A DNA stretch of 64,000 bases from an uncultured Hyphomicrobiales bacterium (GCA_903885755.1 CAISJZ010000220.1:1367-65366), one strand, 5' to 3'; shown: positions 21,599 to 31,659, counted from the first letter of the stretch. Notes: a model not told the origin generated them from the sequence alone. A program made the numbers and translations.

Positions 21599-21608
21599 TA
21601 TGTTTCGG

Positions 21609-21857
21609 CTAGCCGCCGGACGAATCGATCCGCGATGCTTCCTCGGCGAGCATGATCGGTATTCCGTCGCGAATTGGATAGGCAAGGCCTGCTTGTCGAG
21701 ACACCAGAACACTTCCCCTCTCTACATACTCCAACGGTCCTCGCGTCACGGGGCAAACAAGGATTTCCAGCAATCGGCGATCAACCCGCAGCGGACAAAG
21801 CAAATTCGGCGTTTGGCGGTCGCCGAACGATTGGTCGTGATCGTTTTGTTCCGACAT
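21609..21857 (-). CDS. Trm112/YcaR family protein
   Basis: [17 protein letters not shown]...[15 protein letters not shown]. Confidence 0.9.
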   Translation of the reverse strand: MSEQNDHDQSFGDRQTPNLLCPLRVDRRLLEILVCPVTRGPLEYVERGSVLVSRQAGLAYPIRDGIPIMLAEEASRIDSSGG

Positions 21858-21869
21858 GGCGACTTTCGG

Positions 21870-22538
21870 TCAATGCAGCGTTGTTGGTCTCGACTTCATT
21901 GGGGATGCCGGGCGCGTCGTGATCGAAATCAATTTTGCCGCGCGCGCGGCGATATCTCGCGCTTCGAGTAGTTCTTGTTTCTGCAAATGATCAAACGGGG
22001 CCATCATGACTAGCCCGTTGATTAGCGCCTCGGTCGGCGTCGCCTGAATGCCACTCCAGTCTGCCTGCAGGTTCAAGCCCTCGGCGAAATCCCGGAACGC
22101 ATTGATAACGCTCGCCCGATCAACGCTATCCTCGCCCTGGTCGTGGAATAGATCGATTTTGAACTCAATCGTTTCAACTCGACATTGGCGGTAGGGCGTC
22201 AGCACGTCCAGTTCCTCGATGATCCGGAACCGGACAACGCCGGTCAGATTTAAGATGTATCGTCCGTCGCCTGTTTCCGCCAATTGCGTGACGCGGCCAA
22301 TACATCCGATAGCCTCCAGATCGGGCTTGGCGGCGTTATCGCTGGAGAGCCGGGAGGGCTGGATCATTCCGATCAATCGATCGTTTTTCATGGCGTCATC
22401 GATCATCGCGACATATCGCGGCTCGAAGATATTCAGAGGCAACTCGCCGCGCGGAAGCAGCACGGCGCGCGACAATGGAAAGATCGGAATCACCGACGGT
22501 ATTTGCGAAACATCCGCGAACGGTCGATTGATCGGCAT
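21870..22538 (-). CDS. LON peptidase substrate-binding domain protein
   Basis: IPIFPL..AVLLP.G.LPLNIFEPRY..M, IGMIQP, GCIGR, ETGDGRY; ATG at 22538. Confidence 0.88.
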   Translation of the reverse strand: MPINRPFADVSQIPSVIPIFPLSRAVLLPRGELPLNIFEPRYVAMIDDAMKNDRLIGMIQPSRLSSDNAAKPDLEAIGCIGRVTQLAETGDGRYILNLTGVVRFRIIEELDVLTPYRQCRVETIEFKIDLFHDQGEDSVDRASVINAFRDFAEGLNLQADWSGIQATPTEALINGLVMMAPFDHLQKQELLEARDIAARAAKLISITTRPASPMKSRPTTLH

Positions 22539-22561
22539 GTTCGATGAGCTCCCATGCACCG

Positions 22562-23458
22562 CTACGAAAATAGCAAAACCGAAAGCTTGCGGCGCGCCGC
22601 GATGGTCTCGGGCTCCATGTGGCCCCAGACTTCGAAAAATTGCAGCAGTTGCTTGCGCGCCGCTTCGTCGTTCCACGCCCGATCCAGGCGAATAATCTCG
22701 ATCAGGGAGTCGGCGGCTTCATCTCGCTTTCCCGCGCCGTTCAAGGCCAGGGCGAGATCAAATCGCGCCTGATAATTCCTAGGATCGGCGGCGATCAACC
22801 GTCCTAGTTCGGCAAAGTCGCCGACCTTCTCCGCCTGACGGGCAAGGTCGAGAGCGGAATGAGCCGCGGCGAGCGCGCCGCTATTGTCCTTGATCGTCGA
22901 AGCGTCGGCCAGAGTTTTTTCCGCGCCATCAAGATCCTTTATCGCCACCAGTGAACGGGCGAGGCCGGCGAGCGCCTTAACGTCAGATGGTTCCAGCGCA
23001 TGGGCATCCGCGAAGAGTTTGATAGCTCGACCCTCATCACCCTCAGCAAGAGCGGCCTCCGCCGCTTCGACGAGCTCCTCGAGTTCGCCGCCAATCGGGC
23101 CGATCAACCGTTCAAGAAAGCTTCTGACCTGACTTTCCGGTAGAGCCCCCATGAATCCATCGGCGGGCTGGCCTTTCTGGAAGGCAATGACCGCCGGTAT
23201 CGACTGAATGCCAAGTTGGCCGGCGATTTCCGGGTATTTTTCAATATTCATCGTCGCGAGCCTGATTTTGCCTCCAGCGGCTTTGACGATTTTTTCGAGA
23301 ATTGGCGTCAATTGCTTGCAGGGCTCGCACCATGGCGCCCAGAAATCCACCAGCACGGGCTGACGGGCGGATTGGGCAATAACGTCCACGCGGAACGTCG
23401 CCGAGGTCACCTCCGCGACCAAATTGCCCGCGTTATTGGGCGCATTTTGCTCTGGCAT
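22562..23458 (-). CDS. cnoX: Chaperedoxin CnoX/YbbN (thioredoxin plus TPR)
   Basis: VDFWAPWCEPCK thioredoxin domain, TPR helices and C-terminal RR.LS..LFS. Confidence 0.9.
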   Translation of the reverse strand: MPEQNAPNNAGNLVAEVTSATFRVDVIAQSARQPVLVDFWAPWCEPCKQLTPILEKIVKAAGGKIRLATMNIEKYPEIAGQLGIQSIPAVIAFQKGQPADGFMGALPESQVRSFLERLIGPIGGELEELVEAAEAALAEGDEGRAIKLFADAHALEPSDVKALAGLARSLVAIKDLDGAEKTLADASTIKDNSGALAAAHSALDLARQAEKVGDFAELGRLIAADPRNYQARFDLALALNGAGKRDEAADSLIEIIRLDRAWNDEAARKQLLQFFEVWGHMEPETIAARRKLSVLLFS

Positions 23459-23765
23459 TCAAATTCTCCGATCCGCGACCCGCCCGATTCCGCGAAGCCA
23501 TGTTGCCTGAGTTGTCCAACCGAGACGAGGGAGAAGTCAACCGGCTCTTCGAGCCTTACGACGGCCCGCCTGGCTCCTCCGCGACAAGCTCGCAACTGCC
23601 CGGGAGGAAGCGCGGCGGGTCGTGTCTCCGAGAGACTGTCCGTGGTTGCTTCAATATCGCGAACCCGGCCAAATGAGCGCTCGAAGGATTGAGCGCAGGA
23701 ACTTGTTGCAAATCATTTCGCTTTGGGCAATAAACCGCCGTCGGCGCTGCCGACATTTCCAGGAT

Positions 23766-23840
23766 GCGGGTGTAGCTCAGTGGTAGAGCACAACCTTGCC
23801 AAGGTTGGGGTCGAGGGTTCGAATCCCTTCGCCCGCTCCA
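23766..23840 (+). tRNA. tRNA-Gly(GCC)
   Basis: GCGGGTGTAGCTCAGTGGTAGAGCACAACCTTGCCAAGGTTGGGGTCGAGGGTTCGAATCCCTTCGCCCGCTCCA: 75 nt cloverleaf, anticodon GCC, encoded CCA. Confidence 0.98.
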
Positions 23841-23920
23841 GGAACCTTATCGGGGCCAATCCGGTCGCCGCTATTTTGATCCCCTTACGTATTTCTGGAA
23901 TGGCGCGGATTGAGTCTGTC

Positions 23921-23989
23921 TGCACATTCGTAGCGCGCTTTTTTCGGGTGCCTTAGATTTAATCAAATAAATTGCACAAAAATTGGCCA
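23921..23989. promoter_or_regulatory. NtrC-type enhancer sites upstream of glnK
   Basis: TGCAC-N7-GCGCG (23921-23937), TGCCT-N7-AATCA (23949-23965) and TGCAC-N7-GGCCA (23973-23989). Confidence 0.55.
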
Positions 23990-24069
23990 AGTAGGCCCCG
24001 GGCGAGATCCGTCCCGATATCGTCCAGCAAAAAATGCGATAATTCAATCGGTTAATGCCATGTTTTTAA

Positions 24070-24534
<465 letters not shown>

Positions 24535-24562
24535 ATTCATCATCATCATCCAGGAGTAGACT

Positions 24563-26098
24563 ATGAAAACCGTTCCTTCGCTGGGGACGGCCGTGAAAGC
24601 GGTCGGACTCGGACTACTTACCGCGGCCCTGTTTGCAGGGTTTGCTCATGCCGAGGACGCCCCGGCGGCGGCCGCTGCCGCCGCTCCGGCGCTCGTTCCC
24701 AATAAGGGCGACACCGCCTGGATGCTGATCTCGTCCGCCCTCGTCCTTATGATGTCTATCCCCGGCCTAGCGTTGTTCTACGGCGGACTTGTTCGCACCA
24801 AGAACATGTTGTCCGTTCTGACTCAGGTGATGGCCATCGTCTCCATGGTCGGCGTGGTCTGGGTTCTCTATGGCTATTCGATTGCTCTTGGCGACACGAG
24901 CGGCAGCATGGTCGCCTATATCGGCGGCTTCGGAAAAGTCTTCCTGAAGGGTGTTGACGCCGCGGCGACGGCGCCGACATTCTCGAATGGCGTTGTGATC
25001 CCGGAATTGGCCTACATGGTCTTCCAGATGACCTTCGCGATGATTACGCCGGCTCTGATCGTTGGCGCATTCGCCGAACGCATGAAATTCTCCGCCGTCA
25101 TGGTATTCATGCTTCTGTGGGTCACCTTCATCTACTTCCCGATCGCGCACTGGGTTTGGGCTGTCGCAGCTCCGGACGATATCGCAAACGCCGCCAAGGC
25201 TCTGGCTGCGGCGACCGACGACGCCGCCAAGACCGCCGCGCAGGCGAAGCTTGACGAAGTCACTGGCGCGGTTGGCTGGCTTGCTGGCGGTAGCGCTTCC
25301 TGGATGGGCGGCGTTGGCGCTCTGGACTTCGCGGGCGGCACGGTTGTGCACATCAACGCCGGCATCGCCGGTCTGATAGGCGCATTGATGCTTGGCAAGC
25401 GCATTGGCTATGGCAAGGAAGCCATGGCTCCGCACTCACTGACAATGACCATGGTCGGCGCCGCGCTCCTCTGGGTGGGCTGGTTCGGCTTCAATGCCGG
25501 TTCCAACCTTGAGGCGAATGGCACCACGGCTCTGGCCTTCGTGAACACGATGGTCGCGACCGCTGGCGCGGCGCTCTCCTGGTTGCTGGTTGAATGGGCG
25601 GTCAAGGGTAAACCCTCGCTACTCGGCATGGCCTCCGGCGCGGTTGCCGGTCTGGTCGCCGTCACTCCCGCGTCAGGTTTCGCGGGCGTCATGGGATCGC
25701 TTGTTCTCGGCTTGCTTGTCTCCCCGCTCTGCCTGTTCTTCGTTTCGACGGTCAAGAACAAGCTCGGTTACGACGACGCGCTGGACGTCTTCGGCGTTCA
25801 CTGCATTGGCGGAATCTTCGGCGCGCTGATGACGGGCATCCTCGTCAACCCGGCGCTCGGCGGGGTTGGCATCACCGACTATACGAACCTCACTGGCGCC
25901 AACGCGGGGACCTACGCTCTCGGCCCCCAGATGATCGCCCAGTTGACCGCCGTTCTTTCCACGCTGATCTGGTCGGGCGTGGGTTCGGCGATCCTCTACA
26001 AGATCGTCGATCTGATCATCGGGCTCCGGGTTCCCGTCGATGCGGAACGCGAAGGGCTTGACGTCGCCGAGCATGGCGAACGCGCCTACAACTACTGA
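24563..26098 (+). CDS. amtB: Ammonium transporter AmtB
   Basis: GDTAWML.S, FQMTFA, DFAGGTVVHINAG, DDALDVFGVH, EREGLD..EHGERAY. Confidence 0.97.
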   Translation: MKTVPSLGTAVKAVGLGLLTAALFAGFAHAEDAPAAAAAAAPALVPNKGDTAWMLISSALVLMMSIPGLALFYGGLVRTKNMLSVLTQVMAIVSMVGVVWVLYGYSIALGDTSGSMVAYIGGFGKVFLKGVDAAATAPTFSNGVVIPELAYMVFQMTFAMITPALIVGAFAERMKFSAVMVFMLLWVTFIYFPIAHWVWAVAAPDDIANAAKALAAATDDAAKTAAQAKLDEVTGAVGWLAGGSASWMGGVGALDFAGGTVVHINAGIAGLIGALMLGKRIGYGKEAMAPHSLTMTMVGAALLWVGWFGFNAGSNLEANGTTALAFVNTMVATAGAALSWLLVEWAVKGKPSLLGMASGAVAGLVAVTPASGFAGVMGSLVLGLLVSPLCLFFVSTVKNKLGYDDALDVFGVHCIGGIFGALMTGILVNPALGGVGITDYTNLTGANAGTYALGPQMIAQLTAVLSTLIWSGVGSAILYKIVDLIIGLRVPVDAEREGLDVAEHGERAYNY

Positions 26099-26154
26099 TC
26101 CGACGGTCGCGCGGGCGCCTGCGCGACCGCGACTTCCAAACGGTTCCTCCTGCC

Positions 26155-26185
26155 TGGCGGCGCTCTCAAGAGCGCCGCCATTTTT
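26155..26185 (+). terminator. Intrinsic terminator after amtB
   Basis: TGGCGGCGCTC-TCAA-GAGCGCCGCCA-TTTTT. Confidence 0.88.
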
Positions 26186-26206
26186 CGTCCAGGCGTGGCG
26201 ACAAGG

Positions 26207-26222
26207 TTAAACGGACGTTAAC
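26207..26222 (+). promoter_or_regulatory. CtrA binding box upstream of ftsK
   Basis: Perfect TTAA-N7-TTAAC (TTAAACGGACGTTAAC). Confidence 0.8.
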
Positions 26223-26306
26223 CGCCCTCGCCTAGCCTGAGAAGCGGAGCCCGGAAGCCAGGTTCGTGGGCTTTTGGCGCCAGTATGGCCCAACGTGGAT
26301 TTCTTG

Positions 26307-28787
26307 ATGCGGACCAACTCATTTTCGGCCCTGGATCACATCCCCGAACCCGTTCGCTTTTTCATGGGAAAGCGGATCGCGGAGCTTGTCGGTTTGCTGA
26401 TGCTAGTCGGAGCAGGCGCGACAGCGATCGCTTTGTTGACTTGGTCCATCCTCGATCCAAGCCTCGATCATGCGACGTCGGGAACAATACATAATTTGCT
26501 CGGTCGTCCGGGCGCGATTGTCGCCGACCTCGTGACACAGGTTTTCGGGATCGCCTCCGTCGCCATGCTCGTTCCAATCACGTTCTGGGGCGTGCGTCTG
26601 CTCTTTGAACACCGCCTTGGCGCCATCAAGCGCCGGATATTTTTTTGGGCGCTGGGCACTCTCCTTGTGACAGCATTCGCCGCCCTCCTACCGGTCACGG
26701 ACCGCTGGCCACTTCCCACCGGCCTTGGAGGCGTTCTTGGCGACGCCATACTTGCCCTGCCAAAAAGATTGATGGGAGAAAATCGGATCGGGGCAATCGT
26801 GATGATGCCCTTATTCGCCATCTCGGCCCTGCTCTCGCTGACAGCCGCGTCAGGTTTCATTTTTTCCGAGGGCATTCAAGATATCGATGACGGCCACCCC
26901 GAGTTGTCGTCGGATGGAGACGATGCAGACCTTTCCGAAGGACCTCGACTTGGCGACGTCGCCATAGGCGCGATCCTTCATTCTTTCATGCGGATAAAGT
27001 CGCTATACAACCGCACTAAAGTAGCGGCTTCGAGCGGATCGGGGAACTCGCCGTCACGGAACCGGCTGGAGCCACGCCTCGAGGAACCTCGGTCGAAATT
27101 CCCGCCCTCTTCTCTTGACAATGGCGACGGGTCGTTCGGTGAAATTCCTTGCGACACTACACCGCAGACGCAAACTCGAGTTCAACCGCCGACTTCCGCC
27201 ATCAAGGCGGGAAAGCGCATTGTCCGTGAAGCGCAACCTTCGTTGCTCGGCGGCGATAGTTTTGAACTCCCGCAATTGACTCTGTTGAGCGAAGCTCGCC
27301 GACAGGCGGTCGGCAAGATTTCCGAGGACGCGCTTGAGCAAAACGCGCGACTGCTGGAGGGTGTCCTCGACGATTTCGGCGTCAAGGGAGACATCATAAA
27401 AGTTCGCCCTGGACCAGTCGTAACATTGTACGAACTCGAGCCAGCGCCAGGCATCAAGTCCTCACGCGTGATCAGCCTAGCGGATGATATCGCGCGCTCC
27501 ATGTCCGCGCTATCGGCTCGCGTCGCGGTTGTGCAGGGCCGCAACGCGATTGGCGTCGAATTGCCCAATCAAAAGCGTGAAACGGTTTTCCTCAGGGAAC
27601 TATTAGCCTCCGAGGATTTCGAGAAATCGAAGCACAAACTGCCGATCGCGCTTGGAAAATCGATAGGCGGCGAACCGATCATTGTGGACCTTGCGCGCAT
27701 GCCGCATCTTCTGGTCGCGGGGACGACCGGGTCTGGCAAATCGGTCGCGATCAATACGATGATCTTGTCGCTGCTTTATCGACTCAGGCCCGATCAGTGT
27801 CGTCTGATCATGGTCGATCCGAAAATGCTCGAGCTATCCATCTATGACGGAATTCCGCATTTGTTGACGCCGGTCGTCACCGACCCGAAAAAGGCCGTGG
27901 TCGCTCTCAAATGGGCGGTTCGCGAAATGGAGGACCGATACAAGAAAATGTCGAAGGTTGGCGTACGCAATATCGATGGATTCAACGCTCGCGTGGCCGA
28001 AGCGTCTAGCAAGGGCGAAGTAATCCGTAGAACCGTTCAAACCGGTTACAACCGCGAGACAGGCGAGGCGGTTTACGAGCAGGAAGACATGGACCTTTCG
28101 GTCCTTCCCTATATCGTCGTGATCGTCGATGAAATGGCCGACCTCATGATGGTCGCGGGCAAGGACATCGAGGGTGCGATCCAGCGTCTCGCGCAGATGG
28201 CGCGCGCCGCCGGCATTCATTTGATCATGGCGACGCAACGCCCATCCGTTGATGTCATAACCGGAACGATCAAAGCGAACTTCCCAACCAGGATTTCATT
28301 CCAGGTCACATCCAAAATCGACAGCCGCACCATTCTTGGCGAGCAGGGAGCCGAACAGCTGCTCGGTCAGGGAGACATGCTCTATATGGCTGGCGGCGGG
28401 CGCATTTCGCGAGTCCATGGACCATTTGTCTCGGACGGCGAAGTCGAGAAGATCGTCGATTATCTCAAGACGCAAGGCCAGCCAGACTATCTGGAAACAA
28501 TCACAAGCGAAGACGAAGACTCTCTGGCCGCCCAACCAGAACCGGGCGGTATGGATGCCGAGGAGGGCGGCGAGCTTTATGACCGGGCGGTCGCGATTGT
28601 TCTTCGGGATCGAAAGTGCTCAACAAGCTACATCCAACGGCGTCTTTCCGTTGGCTATAACAAGGCGGCCTCGCTGGTTGAACGAATGGAGACCGAGGGA
28701 ATCGTCGCGCCCGCCAATCATTCGGGAAAACGAGAAATTCTGGTTGGCGGAGGTGTTGATCGCGGCGCATTCGAGCTGACGGATTGA
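26307..28787 (+). CDS. ftsK: DNA translocase FtsK
   Basis: 4TM N-terminus, MPHLLVAGTTGSGKS, DEMADLM, ATQRPSVDVITG and gamma domain STSYIQRRL.VGYN.A. Confidence 0.97.
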   Translation: MRTNSFSALDHIPEPVRFFMGKRIAELVGLLMLVGAGATAIALLTWSILDPSLDHATSGTIHNLLGRPGAIVADLVTQVFGIASVAMLVPITFWGVRLLFEHRLGAIKRRIFFWALGTLLVTAFAALLPVTDRWPLPTGLGGVLGDAILALPKRLMGENRIGAIVMMPLFAISALLSLTAASGFIFSEGIQDIDDGHPELSSDGDDADLSEGPRLGDVAIGAILHSFMRIKSLYNRTKVAASSGSGNSPSRNRLEPRLEEPRSKFPPSSLDNGDGSFGEIPCDTTPQTQTRVQPPTSAIKAGKRIVREAQPSLLGGDSFELPQLTLLSEARRQAVGKISEDALEQNARLLEGVLDDFGVKGDIIKVRPGPVVTLYELEPAPGIKSSRVISLADDIARSMSALSARVAVVQGRNAIGVELPNQKRETVFLRELLASEDFEKSKHKLPIALGKSIGGEPIIVDLARMPHLLVAGTTGSGKSVAINTMILSLLYRLRPDQCRLIMVDPKMLELSIYDGIPHLLTPVVTDPKKAVVALKWAVREMEDRYKKMSKVGVRNIDGFNARVAEASSKGEVIRRTVQTGYNRETGEAVYEQEDMDLSVLPYIVVIVDEMADLMMVAGKDIEGAIQRLAQMARAAGIHLIMATQRPSVDVITGTIKANFPTRISFQVTSKIDSRTILGEQGAEQLLGQGDMLYMAGGGRISRVHGPFVSDGEVEKIVDYLKTQGQPDYLETITSEDEDSLAAQPEPGGMDAEEGGELYDRAVAIVLRDRKCSTSYIQRRLSVGYNKAASLVERMETEGIVAPANHSGKREILVGGGVDRGAFELTD

Positions 28788-28864
28788 TTGACCGTGCGTC
28801 GACCCGGAATCGCCACATATCGGGGCTATTCGACCGTTGGATGGGTTCACTCAAGAGATTTCGC

Positions 28865-29545
28865 ATGCAAGAATTCCGCATGATATTGATCGTCGGCCTC
28901 TCCGTGTTTACGACATGCGCCTTGGCGCAAGGCGCGCCGATGGAGCTGCACGGTGCCTCCCCCGCCGCCGCCGCGATAGGCAAGGCCGCTGGACCAGCCA
29001 AGGTCCCTACCCAGGACGCCGCGACCTCGATCCAGAAGGCCAATGCCTGGTTCAACGCCAATGCGACGATGGTCGGCGATTTCGTTCAGGTCGGAGCCGA
29101 TGGAAAGAGATCGGAGGGCACGCTCTATATTCAAAAACCCGGCCGCATGAGGTTTGTATACGCAAAACCCGCGACCCTTGAGATCATCGCCGACGGTACA
29201 TCGGTCGCCGTGAGAGACAGGAAACTCGCCACGCAAGATCTCTATTTCATCGGCCAGACACCGCTAAAGTTCCTTCTCAAGGATCGAATTGACATCGCTC
29301 GAGACGCCAAGGTGCTCGATGTCAATTCGACCTCGACAGCCACGACAATTCTGATCGAGGACAAGGCGACATTCGGAGGAACGTCGCGGATCAAGTTGGT
29401 ATTCGACCCCACGACTTCGGCGCTTAAACAATGGACCGTCGTCGACCCGCAGGGTTATGAAACGTTGGTCTCGCTGTTCAACGTTGATCTCAAGAAAAAG
29501 CCCGATCCGGATCTATTCAAGATCAATATGGAAAAATTCAACTGA
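28865..29545 (+). CDS. lolA: Outer-membrane lipoprotein carrier LolA family protein
   Basis: Signal peptide, GDFVQ, KPGRMRF.Y, QTPL.FLL, L.QW.V.D.QG..T; follows ftsK. The start is uncertain (28865 or 28880). Confidence 0.85.
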   Translation: MQEFRMILIVGLSVFTTCALAQGAPMELHGASPAAAAIGKAAGPAKVPTQDAATSIQKANAWFNANATMVGDFVQVGADGKRSEGTLYIQKPGRMRFVYAKPATLEIIADGTSVAVRDRKLATQDLYFIGQTPLKFLLKDRIDIARDAKVLDVNSTSTATTILIEDKATFGGTSRIKLVFDPTTSALKQWTVVDPQGYETLVSLFNVDLKKKPDPDLFKINMEKFN

Positions 29546-29616
29546 TCCTTTGAACACGATTGCCGTGGGGACGGCTGCGTGACATTTTGCCGTCACAAGA
29601 GACAACGGGATCAGAC

Positions 29617-30441
29617 ATGACCTTGACGCTGGCGACCTGGAATATCAACTCGGTTCGGCTCCGATTTCCCCTTGTCGAGAAGTTCTGCGCGGAATCCCGA
29701 CCGGATATCCTCTGTCTGCAGGAAACCAAATGTCGCGATAGTGAGTTCCCGTCTAGCGACTTTCGCCGGATTGGGTATGAGCATCTCGCGATTAATGGGC
29801 AGAAGGGCTATCACGGGGTTTGTATAGCGTCGCGCCTTCCAATACTGAATGTCGTAAATCGAGAGTTTTGCGGCATGGGTGACTCGCGGCACATAGCCAT
29901 TACGATCCAGTCGAGCGCGGTATCGGCGGACCCTGTCACGATCCACAATTTCTACGTACCAGCCGGCGGCGATGAGCCGGACCCCAAAATAAATCCCAAG
30001 TTCGCGCACAAACTTTCATTTCTCGACGAAATGGCAGATTGGATGCGTCGGGATCGCATCGGCGCCAGCAATTCAATCATCGTTGGCGATCTGAATATCG
30101 CGCCCCTTGAAACCGACGTCTGGAATCACAAAGCGTTGCTGAAGATCGTCAGCCACACGCCGGTGGAAGTCGAGCGCCTGAACCAGGTGATGCAAGCTGG
30201 TCCATGGGCGGACATAGTCCGAAAGCGAATTCCGCCGGAAGTCCGGCTATTTTCATGGTGGAGTTACCGCTCGCCGGATTGGTCGACGGCCGACAAGGGA
30301 CGAAGGCTCGACCATATTTGGACGAGCGAAAACATTTCAACATTAGCGACCGATATCAAGATCATTCGCGAAGCGCGGGGTTGGGAGCGACCGTCGGACC
30401 ATGTTCCGGTCGTCGCGACATTCACCTCCGTCAAGTCGTAA
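29617..30441 (+). CDS. xth: Exodeoxyribonuclease III
   Basis: ATWNINSVR, LCLQETK, YVPAGG, GDLNIAP, RLDHIW, PSDHVPV. Confidence 0.95.
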   Translation: MTLTLATWNINSVRLRFPLVEKFCAESRPDILCLQETKCRDSEFPSSDFRRIGYEHLAINGQKGYHGVCIASRLPILNVVNREFCGMGDSRHIAITIQSSAVSADPVTIHNFYVPAGGDEPDPKINPKFAHKLSFLDEMADWMRRDRIGASNSIIVGDLNIAPLETDVWNHKALLKIVSHTPVEVERLNQVMQAGPWADIVRKRIPPEVRLFSWWSYRSPDWSTADKGRRLDHIWTSENISTLATDIKIIREARGWERPSDHVPVVATFTSVKS

Positions 30442-30910
30442 CGTCCAGGAAGTTCCTGTTTCTCGCATCGCCAAGATCCCTGGCGAAGGCCGTCAACCTT
30501 GTTTCGATCAAAGTTCGCGTTTGCATCGCGCTGCGAGGATGTTCCTTCAATATCCGTTGGAATAATTGTCGAGGAATTTTCAGCACAGTCGATGGAGATT
30601 TCGCGATCACGGTGGCCGGACGCTGCGTATCCGTAATGAGCGCGAGTTCTCCGATAAGGGTTGGGGGGCGAATCTTCCGAGCCAAGCCGTCCCCGCCATC
30701 GATTTCAAGTTCGCCCGCCAACAGGAAATAGCCACCGTCGGACGCCTCTGCCTTGCGAAAGAGAATATCGTCCCGCCGCAGAATTCGGGTCTCGGCGGAG
30801 AAGGCCAACAAGCGCCGAGCTTCGTATTCGAGCGCGCCAAATAACGGGATGCGCGCCAATTCACGCAGATCGCTATCAAGAGACATTCGCCGCGTCCCTT
30901 CGTTTATCAT
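30431..30910 (-). CDS. Cyclic nucleotide-binding domain protein (Cpk-like)
   Basis: RLLAFSAE, LIGELALI...RPAT cNMP fold; cotranscribed after the response regulator. An alternative start lies at 30886. Confidence 0.85.
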   Translation of the reverse strand: MINEGTRRMSLDSDLRELARIPLFGALEYEARRLLAFSAETRILRRDDILFRKAEASDGGYFLLAGELEIDGGDGLARKIRPPTLIGELALITDTQRPATVIAKSPSTVLKIPRQLFQRILKEHPRSAMQTRTLIETRLTAFARDLGDARNRNFLDVTT

Positions 30911-31593
30911 GGAATGAGTCGATAGCCGCCCGCCTCGGTTACCAGGGTGCTGGCGTTTGATGGGTCTTTCTCGATCTTCTGTCTAAGTCGGTAAATGTGG
31001 GTCTCAAGCGTGTGGGTCGTGACATTCGCGTTGTACCCCCACACCTCGCGCAGTAGAATTTCGCGCGTCACGACATCATCCTTGGCTCGATAGAGAAATC
31101 GAATAATCGCGGTTTCCTTCTCGGTCAGCCTGATCTTTTGTCCTGTTTCCGTCAGAAGCAGCTTCGATCCTGGTCTGAAGGAATAGGGACCTATTTGAAA
31201 GACCGCGTCATTACTCGATTCGTGTTGACGCATATGAGCCCGTATTCTCGCCAGCAAAACCGCGAAACGGAAGGGTTTGTTGATGTAATCGTTCGCGCCG
31301 GAGTCCAGGCCAAGAACAATATCGGCGTCGCTGGTTTGGCCTGTCAGCAGGATGATCGGGTTTTTATAGCCGTCCTTCCTGAGCAATTTCACGGTCTCGC
31401 GCCCATCAATGTCCGGGAGTCCAACATCCATGATGACCATGTCGGGATGATCGCTTCGAATGAGCGTCAACGCCTGCGTTGCGTTCTCGGCCTGCGCGAC
31501 CTGAAACTCTTCATGCAAAGCCAGTTGCTCGGCCAGAGTGCGTCGCAACTCGTCGTCATCATCAACAATCAATATCTTTTGGATTTGACTCAT
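30907..31593 (-). CDS. cenR: OmpR-family response regulator, CenR/OtpR-like
   Basis: ILIVDDD..L...LAEQL.LHEEF, MDVGLPD, LTEKETAI.RFLY, THTLETHIYRLRQK. The synteny with a cNMP protein and an LD-transpeptidase matches the otpR-cpk locus. Confidence 0.75.
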   Translation of the reverse strand: MSQIQKILIVDDDDELRRTLAEQLALHEEFQVAQAENATQALTLIRSDHPDMVIMDVGLPDIDGRETVKLLRKDGYKNPIILLTGQTSDADIVLGLDSGANDYINKPFRFAVLLARIRAHMRQHESSNDAVFQIGPYSFRPGSKLLLTETGQKIRLTEKETAIIRFLYRAKDDVVTREILLREVWGYNANVTTHTLETHIYRLRQKIEKDPSNASTLVTEAGGYRLIP

Positions 31594-31659
31594 GTGCGCA
31601 TCGTGAGGTTTGATTCAACTGGTCCTTGAGGATTGGGGACCTTGTGGGGAATTTAGGCT

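Noticed and set aside
23841-24050. Possible integrative element at the tRNA-Gly 3' end
   Set aside because: I see no integrase and no duplicated tRNA 3' end (att) in the window; the downstream DNA is the glnK regulatory region.
24537-24550. (CAT)4 microsatellite between glnK and amtB
   Set aside because: Too short for a phase-variable tract, and it lies upstream of an intact AGGAG RBS.
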